34,052 nt of DNA from an uncultured virus (IMG/VR IMGVR_UViG_3300023174_000105). Its lineage: Duplodnaviria > Heunggongvirae > Uroviricota > Caudoviricetes. A model generated the notes under the pieces. That model was not told the DNA's origin, ran no database searches, and was given only the letters and a program-made list of their open reading frames with translations. This document shows positions 26,290 to 33,512 of the stretch, in pieces. The DNA lies in the IMG/VR virus record IMGVR_UViG_3300023174_000105. One strand, given 5' to 3'. Both the position numbers and the translations under genes were made by a program. Positions within the stretch are counted from its first letter, which is position 1. Each line of letters opens with the position of its first letter.

Positions 26290-26970
26290 ATGCAACAAGT
26301 AAAAGTTATGTGGGCAACACCAGATGCAGACGAACAAATCGCCTATATTGCTCGTGTAAGTAATCCTAAAAATCAAGATAATCAAAATATTACTGGACTC
26401 CTGCAGTACATGATCAAACACGGGCACGTTTCACCGTTTGAAATGGTTAATGTGTGCTTGGAGATTACCACTACACGTGATATTGCCCGACAGATTTTAC
26501 GGCATCGCAGCTTTAGTTTCCAAGAATTTTCACAGCGTTATGCAGCGGTGAATAGCTTGGGCCAGTTAGAGCGTAGAGACTGTAGATTTCAGGACACAAA
26601 GAATCGGCAAAACTCTATAGAGCCTGATTTTGGGGTAGACAAGCAACGACAAGTTGCCTATCAGTGGGAAGTTTTACAAGATGCGCTAATTAGAAAAACT
26701 ACTGAAGCCTATGAGTGGGCACTAGAGCAAGGTATAGCTAAAGAGCAGGCTAGGGCTATTCTGCCTGAGGGTCTAACCCCCAGCAAAATGTACATGAATG
26801 GTACACTACGTAGTTGGATTTTTTACCTACAACAACGTTTAGATATAAGCACGCAAAAAGAACACCGTGAAATTGCACAACTAGTCTTAAAACAACTTAG
26901 AGGGGTTGCACCAGTTACTATCTATGCGTTTTTTCCAGAAACCAAAGCTGAAGAACAATTCAGCGTTTAA
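26290..26970 (+). CDS. thyX: Flavin-dependent thymidylate synthase
   Basis: HVSPFE, RHRSFSFQEFSQRY, EQARAILP, TQKEHR. Confidence 0.96.
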   Translation: MQQVKVMWATPDADEQIAYIARVSNPKNQDNQNITGLLQYMIKHGHVSPFEMVNVCLEITTTRDIARQILRHRSFSFQEFSQRYAAVNSLGQLERRDCRFQDTKNRQNSIEPDFGVDKQRQVAYQWEVLQDALIRKTTEAYEWALEQGIAKEQARAILPEGLTPSKMYMNGTLRSWIFYLQQRLDISTQKEHREIAQLVLKQLRGVAPVTIYAFFPETKAEEQFSV

Positions 26971-26972
26971 TC

Positions 26973-27001
26973 TTGATTTTTATAGCCAACAGTGCTATAA
27001 T
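26973..27001 (+). promoter_or_regulatory. Sigma70-type promoter
   Basis: TTGATT-N17-TATAAT. Confidence 0.75.
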
Positions 27002-27025
27002 GTTATTTCTGAATGAGGCTTTACC

Positions 27026-27358
27026 GTGAATGTTATCATATACACTACGGATTTTGAACCAATTACGGTGATTGACTTACCAAGATCGGTACTAGATAAA
27101 ATAGAACAACAAGGCGGCATTAAATTATCACTAGACCTTCCAGAAAATGATGCGCCTATATGTACACTAGTAATGCTTACAGTACGTTGGTTCAATGGTG
27201 AGGAAAAGCCTATCTTAGTTACCCGAGACGAAGAAACTGCACTACTCCTAAAACCTGACTGGCTGCCTGGTCAACGCGGCGTATATAATATGTTATACAA
27301 TCACATTAAGCGACTTACTAAACGACTAACAAACTTTACTAAGGATGACGATGCGTAA
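27026..27358 (+). CDS. Hypothetical protein
   Basis: GTG start with GAGG SD. Confidence 0.7.
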   Translation: MNVIIYTTDFEPITVIDLPRSVLDKIEQQGGIKLSLDLPENDAPICTLVMLTVRWFNGEEKPILVTRDEETALLLKPDWLPGQRGVYNMLYNHIKRLTKRLTNFTKDDDA

Positions 27359-27536
27359 ACGACAAATGTTGCAACAAATGCTGCAAATTATTACACAACG
27401 AGCTAGTCGTAACAGAGTATATCACATGATGCAAACTCAAGAGCCACAACCGCCAGATTACCCTCAAGACGACGGCCCACTTACTAGTGAACAGTTTGAA
27501 CAAATTAAAAATAGCGCGAGAACTAAATATGCATAA
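27351..27536 (+). CDS. Hypothetical protein
   Basis: Overlaps neighbours; AAGGA SD. Confidence 0.6.
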   Translation: MRKRQMLQQMLQIITQRASRNRVYHMMQTQEPQPPDYPQDDGPLTSEQFEQIKNSARTKYA

Positions 27537-27735
27537 TTGTTGTCGTTGCGATGAACCAGTTGATCCACGTCGTTGGGCACTTAAACACACTAAAAAACTG
27601 TGTATGCCGTGTGGTGAAGCGGCTAGTAAACAAGTAACCCGTACTATTGTACCAATGCATAAAGGCCACTATTTTCCTGTATTTAACCTCAATGACCTTA
27701 AGGGCATTAACAACAAAGGCGGCTTAGTCCGATGA
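27529..27735 (+). CDS. DksA/TraR-type C4 zinc-finger protein
   Basis: C..CDEPVDPRRWAL....LCMPC; start at ATG 27529. Confidence 0.65.
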   Translation: MHNCCRCDEPVDPRRWALKHTKKLCMPCGEAASKQVTRTIVPMHKGHYFPVFNLNDLKGINNKGGLVR

Positions 27736-28001
27736 TTGACCAAATACTAAAACAAGTACTACCACAACAAGCACCACAGATTCCCGCAATGCCTAAGCCT
27801 ATGCAGGAGGCTGCCTACAGTGCACATATGCAGCTAAACAATCCACAGTTAGCAAGGTTTAGTGAAGAACAAAAAATTGAATTACTACTAATGCTGTTTG
27901 GCGAAAACATTGTTAGGCAGTGTGCACTACAGGCCAGGTTAGCGCTCTTAGACGAAGAAAAAGTAGACCAAGCTATCCTAAAGCACTATAGTTTGCAATA
28001 G
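27732..28001 (+). CDS. Hypothetical protein
   Basis: ATGA-coupled ORF. Confidence 0.65.
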   Translation: MIDQILKQVLPQQAPQIPAMPKPMQEAAYSAHMQLNNPQLARFSEEQKIELLLMLFGENIVRQCALQARLALLDEEKVDQAILKHYSLQ

Positions 28002-28044
28002 CATACAGAACACCACAGGGGCATTCAGCGGCAATATTTTGCAG

Positions 28045-28073
28045 TTGAATGCCCTTTGTGTTTGTGCTATAAT
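28045..28073 (+). promoter_or_regulatory. Sigma70-type promoter with -35 inside an inverted repeat
   Basis: TTGAAT-N17-TATAAT. Confidence 0.75.
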
Positions 28074-28100
28074 ATATTATACTTTGAGAAGGGCACAACA

Positions 28101-28259
28101 ATGAACAAACATTGCAAGGACTGTAAGCATCATCATAATGCAGGGCATCCACCAGGGTCTAACTTGGCTAAAACATACAACGACTGGTGTATAAAGTTCA
28201 GTCGTTGTGCTAGTAAAGCTGTTGGTGAATGTAAACTTAAAGGTGGTAAAACTACATGA
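28101..28259 (+). CDS. Small Cys/His-rich protein
   Basis: Start ATG 28101; CKDCKHH...C...C. Confidence 0.6.
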   Translation: MNKHCKDCKHHHNAGHPPGSNLAKTYNDWCIKFSRCASKAVGECKLKGGKTT

Positions 28260-28453
28260 CTAAAAAACTATGGGTTGACCCGCCGGGCGGCTGGCGGTAT
28301 GGATTTCCGCAGATCTGGGATAGTACTAAAGATCCCGACGTAGACAATTGGTTGTACTGGGCAGGTTATCCTGACGAAGTACGCGAAACTTACGGCAAAC
28401 ACTTTTATATGCGTATGTGGGAAGTTGTAGAGGAAGACAATGAAAAGGTTTAA
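28256..28453 (+). CDS. Hypothetical protein
   Basis: VDPPGGWRYGFP pattern; coupled. Confidence 0.7.
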   Translation: MTKKLWVDPPGGWRYGFPQIWDSTKDPDVDNWLYWAGYPDEVRETYGKHFYMRMWEVVEEDNEKV

Positions 28454-28628
28454 TGATTGGTTGTGGGAGCAGGAGGGCTTTAGCCTTCGTGCTGACAGAC
28501 TGTTTGCTGACTTGGGCAGTGATTACGAGCGGTATGAGGTAGTTGTAAACTGGCTTAAAGCTGCCTACGAGATTGGCAAACAAAAGGACGATCAAGTACT
28601 AGAACTCGTAAAGGATATACAGCAATGA
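28440..28628 (+). CDS. Hypothetical protein
   Basis: Coupled ORF; GAGG SD. Confidence 0.65.
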   Translation: MKRFNDWLWEQEGFSLRADRLFADLGSDYERYEVVVNWLKAAYEIGKQKDDQVLELVKDIQQ

Positions 28629-28897
28629 AGAAATTTGATGATATTACTGAACCTGAAGACTTTGACCCCGATCAGCTAGAGCTGGAGTTTGCACCCGGTT
28701 GTTTTGATGACTTTGAAGGTTCGCAAGAAGACTTGGATGCCCTAGTTGAACATATCAAAGAAATGTTTGCTGCTGGCAAGTTTGTTACAGAAGGCCGTGA
28801 ATTAACTGATGAAGAGTTTGACACATTAAGCGAGTCTACTAAGCAAAAAATTATTGGTTTAAATGATCCCGATCAACCTAAACGGAGCCTAAACTAA
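28625..28897 (+). CDS. Acidic hypothetical protein
   Basis: Coupled ORF; very D/E rich. Confidence 0.7.
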   Translation: MKKFDDITEPEDFDPDQLELEFAPGCFDDFEGSQEDLDALVEHIKEMFAAGKFVTEGRELTDEEFDTLSESTKQKIIGLNDPDQPKRSLN

Positions 28898-29232
28898 TGC
28901 AAAAGTATGTATTCAATAAGCAGGTAGCCTTAATCCACAGCGACGACTGGGGAACCCCCTGGGCTACTTGGTATCCTGAAACTATGTTTGATGCCGAGTT
29001 GATTAAACTGTACTTGTGGTGGCAGGATACTGAGCCCAACAGTCAATTGCAGCTGGAGGTTGAAGATGCTGCCTACCTTTATCTTAAAGAGCAACACCCC
29101 GACGTTAGCTTTCGCGGGTTTGATGGGTTAAGGCTGACTTGGTTGCCTGAGGGTCAGGAGTTTATTATCCGCGAGTATGACGGCATTGAAACCATTGTGC
29201 TTAAGCAAGACATTAAGTGGATGGTGGCATGA
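28897..29232 (+). CDS. Hypothetical protein
   Basis: Coupled ORF; FIIREYDGIE pattern. Confidence 0.7.
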   Translation: MQKYVFNKQVALIHSDDWGTPWATWYPETMFDAELIKLYLWWQDTEPNSQLQLEVEDAAYLYLKEQHPDVSFRGFDGLRLTWLPEGQEFIIREYDGIETIVLKQDIKWMVA

Positions 29233-29591
29233 AAGTTAGATACAGCAGTAACTGGATGGGGCCCATAAGCCTAGACTGGTATCGCAAGCGTGGTTTGACC
29301 ACACTGGAACATCATGTACAAGAACAGGACAATCCATATACTGGACGCAAAGCTGGTGAGCCCTACACGCTTGAACTAATTACTAATAACTATAGTTCTG
29401 GCCGCATTGATGTGCGGGGCACTGATGATCCACATGGTTGGGAGATTGGTGTGCCGCCAATGCTTAGCCTAGACTGGGCTAGGTTTGGTCGTTGGTTGGA
29501 TACTATGGAGACTGATGACGTTTGGACGCTGGACCAGCTAGTAGAACTATACGAGCGTAACAACCCTAAGATTACTTGGGATATACGATGA
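29229..29591 (+). CDS. Hypothetical protein
   Basis: ATGA-coupled start at 29229. Confidence 0.7.
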   Translation: MKVRYSSNWMGPISLDWYRKRGLTTLEHHVQEQDNPYTGRKAGEPYTLELITNNYSSGRIDVRGTDDPHGWEIGVPPMLSLDWARFGRWLDTMETDDVWTLDQLVELYERNNPKITWDIR

Positions 29592-29821
29592 ACCCGCAAA
29601 TTAAACTACTTGCCCAACAAGCCGGCGACGATTGGGATCACACGCTTAAACAAGATCGTGATTTTCTTGAACGCTTTGCCGCACTTGTTCGCGCTGATGA
29701 GCGGGAGGAGTGCTTAAAGCTGGTTGATGAACAAATTCACAACATGACTGTTCTTGATAGTTACCCCGAACAATCAGGAGCAATTTACCGAGCCACGATA
29801 AATATCCGCGCAAGGGGATAG
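29588..29821 (+). CDS. Hypothetical protein
   Basis: ATGA-coupled start at 29588. Confidence 0.65.
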   Translation: MNPQIKLLAQQAGDDWDHTLKQDRDFLERFAALVRADEREECLKLVDEQIHNMTVLDSYPEQSGAIYRATINIRARG

Positions 29822-29823
29822 AA

Positions 29824-29973
29824 ATGAATTCACGAATTCAAGAACTTGCTGCTGAGGCAAAAATGTCAACCTACCTATTGGCATATGGGCTAGAATTTTA
29901 TAACGTGCAATTAATTGGCTGCGATCAATACTACTGGTCTGGTTGTGGTGGCTTACTTAGTTGGGGATACTAA
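29824..29973 (+). CDS. Small hypothetical protein (49 aa; not in ORF track)
   Basis: MNSRIQELAAEAK...SWGY*; AGGGGA SD; TAATG overlap with next gene. Confidence 0.55.
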   Translation: MNSRIQELAAEAKMSTYLLAYGLEFYNVQLIGCDQYYWSGCGGLLSWGY

Positions 29974-30161
29974 TGCAAGAAATCTTAAAACAACGCTGTG
30001 ACTTAATGCTGACCAAGCTTTTAGGTCCAGAATTTGCTAAAACCTGGTGGCAGTCACCAAACAAAGCTTTTGGGGGACTAACGCCTGAGGGTCAATGGAT
30101 CTTAGACCACACACCAGTATACAATTACTTAATCCAACATTGTATGGGAGATTATCACTAA
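29973..30161 (+). CDS. Small protein resembling Xre/MbcA/ParS antitoxin C-terminal domain
   Basis: AKTWWQSPNKAFGGLTP motif. Confidence 0.55.
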   Translation: MQEILKQRCDLMLTKLLGPEFAKTWWQSPNKAFGGLTPEGQWILDHTPVYNYLIQHCMGDYH

Positions 30162-30325
30162 TGGAAACTATCGAACTCGACCTAAACGATCAAGAATTTT
30201 TAGAGTTAGCAAAACAAGCACACCAACTAGACATTACCATAAATCAGCACATCAACAACATTCTTAAGCAAGTAGTAGAACTCAATGAATCTTGTTATCA
30301 AACAGCAGGATTTATCAATGACTAA
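30161..30325 (+). CDS. Small ribbon-helix-helix-like protein
   Basis: METIELDLNDQEFLELAKQAHQLDITINQ; start at ATG 30161. Confidence 0.55.
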   Translation: METIELDLNDQEFLELAKQAHQLDITINQHINNILKQVVELNESCYQTAGFIND

Positions 30326-30500
30326 TTTTGAACAGGCAGAAGAAGTCCGGCAAACGGCCACTAAACTGCCACACAGCATGCCCAACAGCCGTTGGTGGCT
30401 CTTAAACATTAGTCGACTAATGCTCTACTACAATCTCACATTTCAACAAGCAGCAGCCTATACTACCCAAGACCCACTAGAGGATTTACTATGGCATTAA
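30318..30500 (+). CDS. Hypothetical protein
   Basis: ATG 30318 with AGGA SD. Confidence 0.55.
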   Translation: MTNFEQAEEVRQTATKLPHSMPNSRWWLLNISRLMLYYNLTFQQAAAYTTQDPLEDLLWH

Positions 30501-30790
30501 CTAAATTCCAAGTTGCCGAGCAATACGCTAACACAGTAAAACAAGCACAACTAGTAGACCAAGAACTTACCAAGGCATTTAAATTGCTGGACCAAGACAA
30601 CGAGGTCAACTACTACGGCCCAGTACATCGAGCATACGATGACCTAGTAGAACAACTCTTAGGCCCAGAACTGTTTGAGCATACCTTAAACTGGATTTAC
30701 GAACACAATCACGGCAACCATATTGACCTTACTTGGCCAGAATATTTCGACAGCCACCAAGACTCGTATGAAAAACTAGGGCACGACTAA
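30491..30790 (+). CDS. Hypothetical protein
   Basis: GAGGA SD; intact ORF. Confidence 0.7.
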   Translation: MALTKFQVAEQYANTVKQAQLVDQELTKAFKLLDQDNEVNYYGPVHRAYDDLVEQLLGPELFEHTLNWIYEHNHGNHIDLTWPEYFDSHQDSYEKLGHD

Positions 30791-30799
30791 AAATGCACC

Positions 30800-30828
30800 T
30801 TTACTATTCACAAAATCCATGCTATAAT
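30800..30828 (+). promoter_or_regulatory. Sigma70-type promoter with extended -10
   Basis: TTTACT-N17-TATAAT, TG at the extended position. Confidence 0.7.
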
Positions 30829-31028
30829 ATTGTTAAATCTAGTGAGATGTAAACAAAGAAATTTTTTACAAAGAAACTAGAAAACATAAAAAAGCAAATT
30901 TTATAGCTCTCGCCTGAGCCCCACGGGGAGAGCGTTAATAAAATTCAGCTTTTGTAATGTGCAAGTTTTCGCAGTTTATGCAGTTAAAAGAATTTCCAAC
31001 AACTAAGGCAAATTGTTTCAAAAAATAT

Positions 31029-31820
31029 ATGCTAAAACTAAAATCAAATGACCTTAAACTTGTGCCTTTTGAAGCTTACTACAACTTAAATCAAGAAGAT
31101 TTGCTAAAGCAAGCTGAGGAGCATCAACTACAATTGTACGGGCTGTGGATGCTGCCCCAAATCTCCGCATACTATGGAACTTGGCAGGCGGTCCCACTTC
31201 CAAACCACAGACTAGACCCTAAAGCTACAGCACGCCGTAACATTAAAACCAGCTGGGATATTGGACTATGGCGGGTGTGCACTCAGCTAAAACGTGGAGC
31301 ACTAGTTAAAACACAGAGTTCAGAGTGGGGTAGAAATTATAGCCAGTTGGTTCCGCTGGTTTTAGCTGGCATGAAACGACACCAGGGGATCCCCTACAGC
31401 CGTTGGGAGTTGGAGGGACTGGACAGCTTAGTACACCGAGAACTGCTGGAGGTTATGCAGTACAGGGGAGATTGCTTAAATTTAGGGTCAGAGGAACTAA
31501 TCCAGATTAGAAACTTTGGGTTAACTGCTAGAACCGGAGCTAAGGCGGGCGAGCAAAATAAGCCTACATCGCAGTGGAAACTACATGGCCTAGCGGCAAC
31601 ACAATTTGCTGGTACTCCTACACTGTTAAGCACCATTATGTGCCAAATCTGGGTTGCACATCCTAGCCTCCGTACCGAGTTAATGATCCTAGACCCTGAA
31701 AAATGGGATCAAATGCCCCAACCACTAGTAACTGGTGAAGTCTTTGCAGCTTTAGGGTCGAAAAAACAGGAAATTGTAACAATGCCCCAGGGTGAAGTTA
31801 AACTTCCGTGGGAAGATTAA
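31029..31820 (+). CDS. Hypothetical protein
   Basis: Long ORF; probable start MLKLKS at 31029. Confidence 0.75.
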   Translation: MLKLKSNDLKLVPFEAYYNLNQEDLLKQAEEHQLQLYGLWMLPQISAYYGTWQAVPLPNHRLDPKATARRNIKTSWDIGLWRVCTQLKRGALVKTQSSEWGRNYSQLVPLVLAGMKRHQGIPYSRWELEGLDSLVHRELLEVMQYRGDCLNLGSEELIQIRNFGLTARTGAKAGEQNKPTSQWKLHGLAATQFAGTPTLLSTIMCQIWVAHPSLRTELMILDPEKWDQMPQPLVTGEVFAALGSKKQEIVTMPQGEVKLPWED

Positions 31821-31826
31821 TAGGAG

Positions 31827-32153
31827 ATGTACTTGAAATATACTAAAGAAATTACTGACCGTTTAGTTGAACAGTACAAAACTGGCCAGAACGTCCAAAA
31901 AATCGCCCAGGAGCTCGAGGTGCCGGAGCGCAGCATTATTGCCAAACTGTCAAGCCTAGGTGTATACCAAAAAAAGCAGTACTTAAACAAACGCGGTGAA
32001 GTGCCTATCAAAAAGTCAGAGCACATAGAAAACATCGCAAAATTGCTAAAAATGGACCCGGAATTATTGGAAAGTCTAGAAAAAGTCAATAAAGGCATCT
32101 TACAGGTCCTAGAAACCCGATTAAGTGAAAATAACTGCCAAAATCCCGCATAA
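31827..32153 (+). CDS. A2/D3-like HTH DNA-binding protein
   Basis: YT.E....L...Y, IAQELEVPERSIIAKLSSLGVY, ESLEK. Confidence 0.7.
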   Translation: MYLKYTKEITDRLVEQYKTGQNVQKIAQELEVPERSIIAKLSSLGVYQKKQYLNKRGEVPIKKSEHIENIAKLLKMDPELLESLEKVNKGILQVLETRLSENNCQNPA

Positions 32154-32174
32154 AGTCCTATCTGACCCTAAACC

Positions 32175-32208
32175 GCCCCTAACAGCGCAAGTTGTTAGGG
32201 GCTTTTTT
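32175..32208 (+). terminator. Intrinsic terminator ending the rightward block
   Basis: GCCCCTAACAGC-GCAA-GTTGTTAGGGGC followed by TTTTTT. Confidence 0.9.
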
Positions 32209-32256
32209 GTGGGTGACAACTTGCCACGGTTTAGGGTCAGAAATAAAAAAATTCTC

Positions 32257-32295
32257 TTGACACAGATTGCTTTTGCACTGTATAATATTGGCGCC
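32257..32295 (+). promoter_or_regulatory. Promoter with no downstream ORF
   Basis: TTGACA-N18-TATAAT then GGCGCC. Confidence 0.7.
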
Positions 32296-32338
32296 GGACC
32301 AGACTACACCTAAATTTGGTTAACTGACTAAAATAGGC

Positions 32339-32379
32339 AAAACAAAACCCCGCTAAAGCCGGGGCCTTGCGGGGTTTTG
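32339..32379. terminator. Bidirectional terminator hairpin
   Basis: CAAAACCCCGC / GCGGGGTTTTG. Confidence 0.8.
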
Positions 32380-32908
32380 AACTCGTGAGGAGTTTTTGGT
32401 GAGTTTGCCCAGTAGGTTCTAGAAATCTACGGATAGCCAACTCTACACAGCCTATATTTAACCAGCGGGCCTAACCGCTGGACAGCACTGCTCTAGTTGC
32501 ACACCTCTCGTATGGTCCCGGAGGAGCACCGTCTAAGTTATTTACAAGTTCTAGACAACTTGGTAAGTTTAGGTACTTACAACCACCTGGTAGCCATCTG
32601 GGTTGCGAACCTTAGGGTCCAGGATTTAGACTAGCCGCAAAAACAGACTAGCCGCTAAAATAGACTTTGTACTTAAATCCAAAGTTGACTAATTAGCTAA
32701 GGGCTGTGGCTCGGCTCTAACATAGATTCCCCACAATTAAGACGCTGCACCAAATGCGCGCCGCTGTCACCCAAATAGTTCGACAGTCGTCAGCCGTGGA
32801 CTTGGCACTACAGGTTGCTAGCTATACATTGGCTTGCGGGCGGGGTAGTGGTCCGTGATGCTGGTATCTGCGCCTTAGTCGTTGACCGACGCTTTCCTAA
32901 CTGTCTAT
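32339..32908 (-). ncRNA. Candidate ~570-nt structured non-coding RNA
   Basis: Promoter and terminator bracket an ORF-free, hairpin-dense segment. Confidence 0.6.
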
Positions 32909-32914
32909 AATAAT

Positions 32915-32943
32915 ATTATACAGGGTTTGGGGAGAAGAATCAA
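32915..32943 (-). promoter_or_regulatory. Sigma70-type promoter for the candidate ncRNA
   Basis: TTGATT-N17-TATAAT. Confidence 0.8.
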
Positions 32944-32968
32944 GTCAGAATTTCTTCTCCCTAACACA

Positions 32969-33280
32969 TCATGCCTCGGCTTTCTGCACCAGGAGTTCCA
33001 GTGCACCCATACCCGCCTTTTCAAGGCTAGCGATTTCGGTAGCGTCAATCGCAAACTTGTTGGCAAGGCGACCGATCAGGTCGGCCTTGGTAACCCGGCC
33101 CTGACCCTTAGCCGCGGTCTTAGGGATGTACACTCCCTCACGGCTGAGTTTTGCCACAATCGACCGTACCGATTTGCCCACTTGCTCGGCAATCATCTCC
33201 ACAGAGTTACCCGTGGTGTACAGACCGATAATGGTAGCAGTCTGCTCGGGGGTGTAGTTTACAGTTTTGTCAGTCATCAT
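32969..33280 (-). CDS. T5 A2-like DNA-binding protein
   Basis: YT.EQT......Y, IAEQVGKSVRSIVAKLSREGVY, RVTKADL, ASLEKA; AAGGA SD. Confidence 0.72.
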   Translation of the reverse strand: MMTDKTVNYTPEQTATIIGLYTTGNSVEMIAEQVGKSVRSIVAKLSREGVYIPKTAAKGQGRVTKADLIGRLANKFAIDATEIASLEKAGMGALELLVQKAEA

Positions 33281-33320
33281 ATGTCCTTTGTGTTTCGGTT
33301 TCTGCGCTGTTGAAGATTCT

Positions 33321-33349
33321 ATTATACGCTATTCAGAACGGGATATCAA
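33321..33349 (-). promoter_or_regulatory. Promoter for A2-like gene
   Basis: TTGATA-N17-TATAAT-AGAATCTT. Confidence 0.8.
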
Positions 33350-33458
33350 GATCAAAATTACTGGGGTCTACGGGGTAATCTGGATAATAGGGATAATCGT
33401 ATTCCTCGTCTTTCCAATCCTGCCACCACTCCTGCTGATCATCTCTGAAGTCTTTCAT
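33333..33458 (-). CDS. 41-aa acidic/aromatic peptide ending FDLDIPF (not in ORF track)
   Basis: ATG 33458 with GAGGA SD and own promoter; MKDFRDDQQEWWQDWKDEEYDYPYYPDYPVDPSNFDLDIPF. Confidence 0.75.
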   Translation of the reverse strand: MKDFRDDQQEWWQDWKDEEYDYPYYPDYPVDPSNFDLDIPF

Positions 33459-33482
33459 CGGTTCCTCACTGTCTAAGATTCT

Positions 33483-33511
33483 ATTATACAGACATTGACC
33501 AGGCACTGCAA
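33483..33511 (-). promoter_or_regulatory. Promoter for the 41-aa peptide gene
   Basis: TTGCAG-N17-TATAAT-AGAATCTT, same leader as the 33321 promoter. Confidence 0.75.
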
Positions 33512-33512
33512 A

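Noticed and set aside
32237..32440. 67-aa minus-strand ORF at the end of the candidate ncRNA
   Set aside because: Non-ATG start, no clear SD, and runs through a strong terminator
32882..33476. Plus-strand ORFs of 143 and 69 aa
   Set aside because: Antisense shadows of the A2-like gene and the 41-aa peptide, which have promoters and SDs on the minus strand
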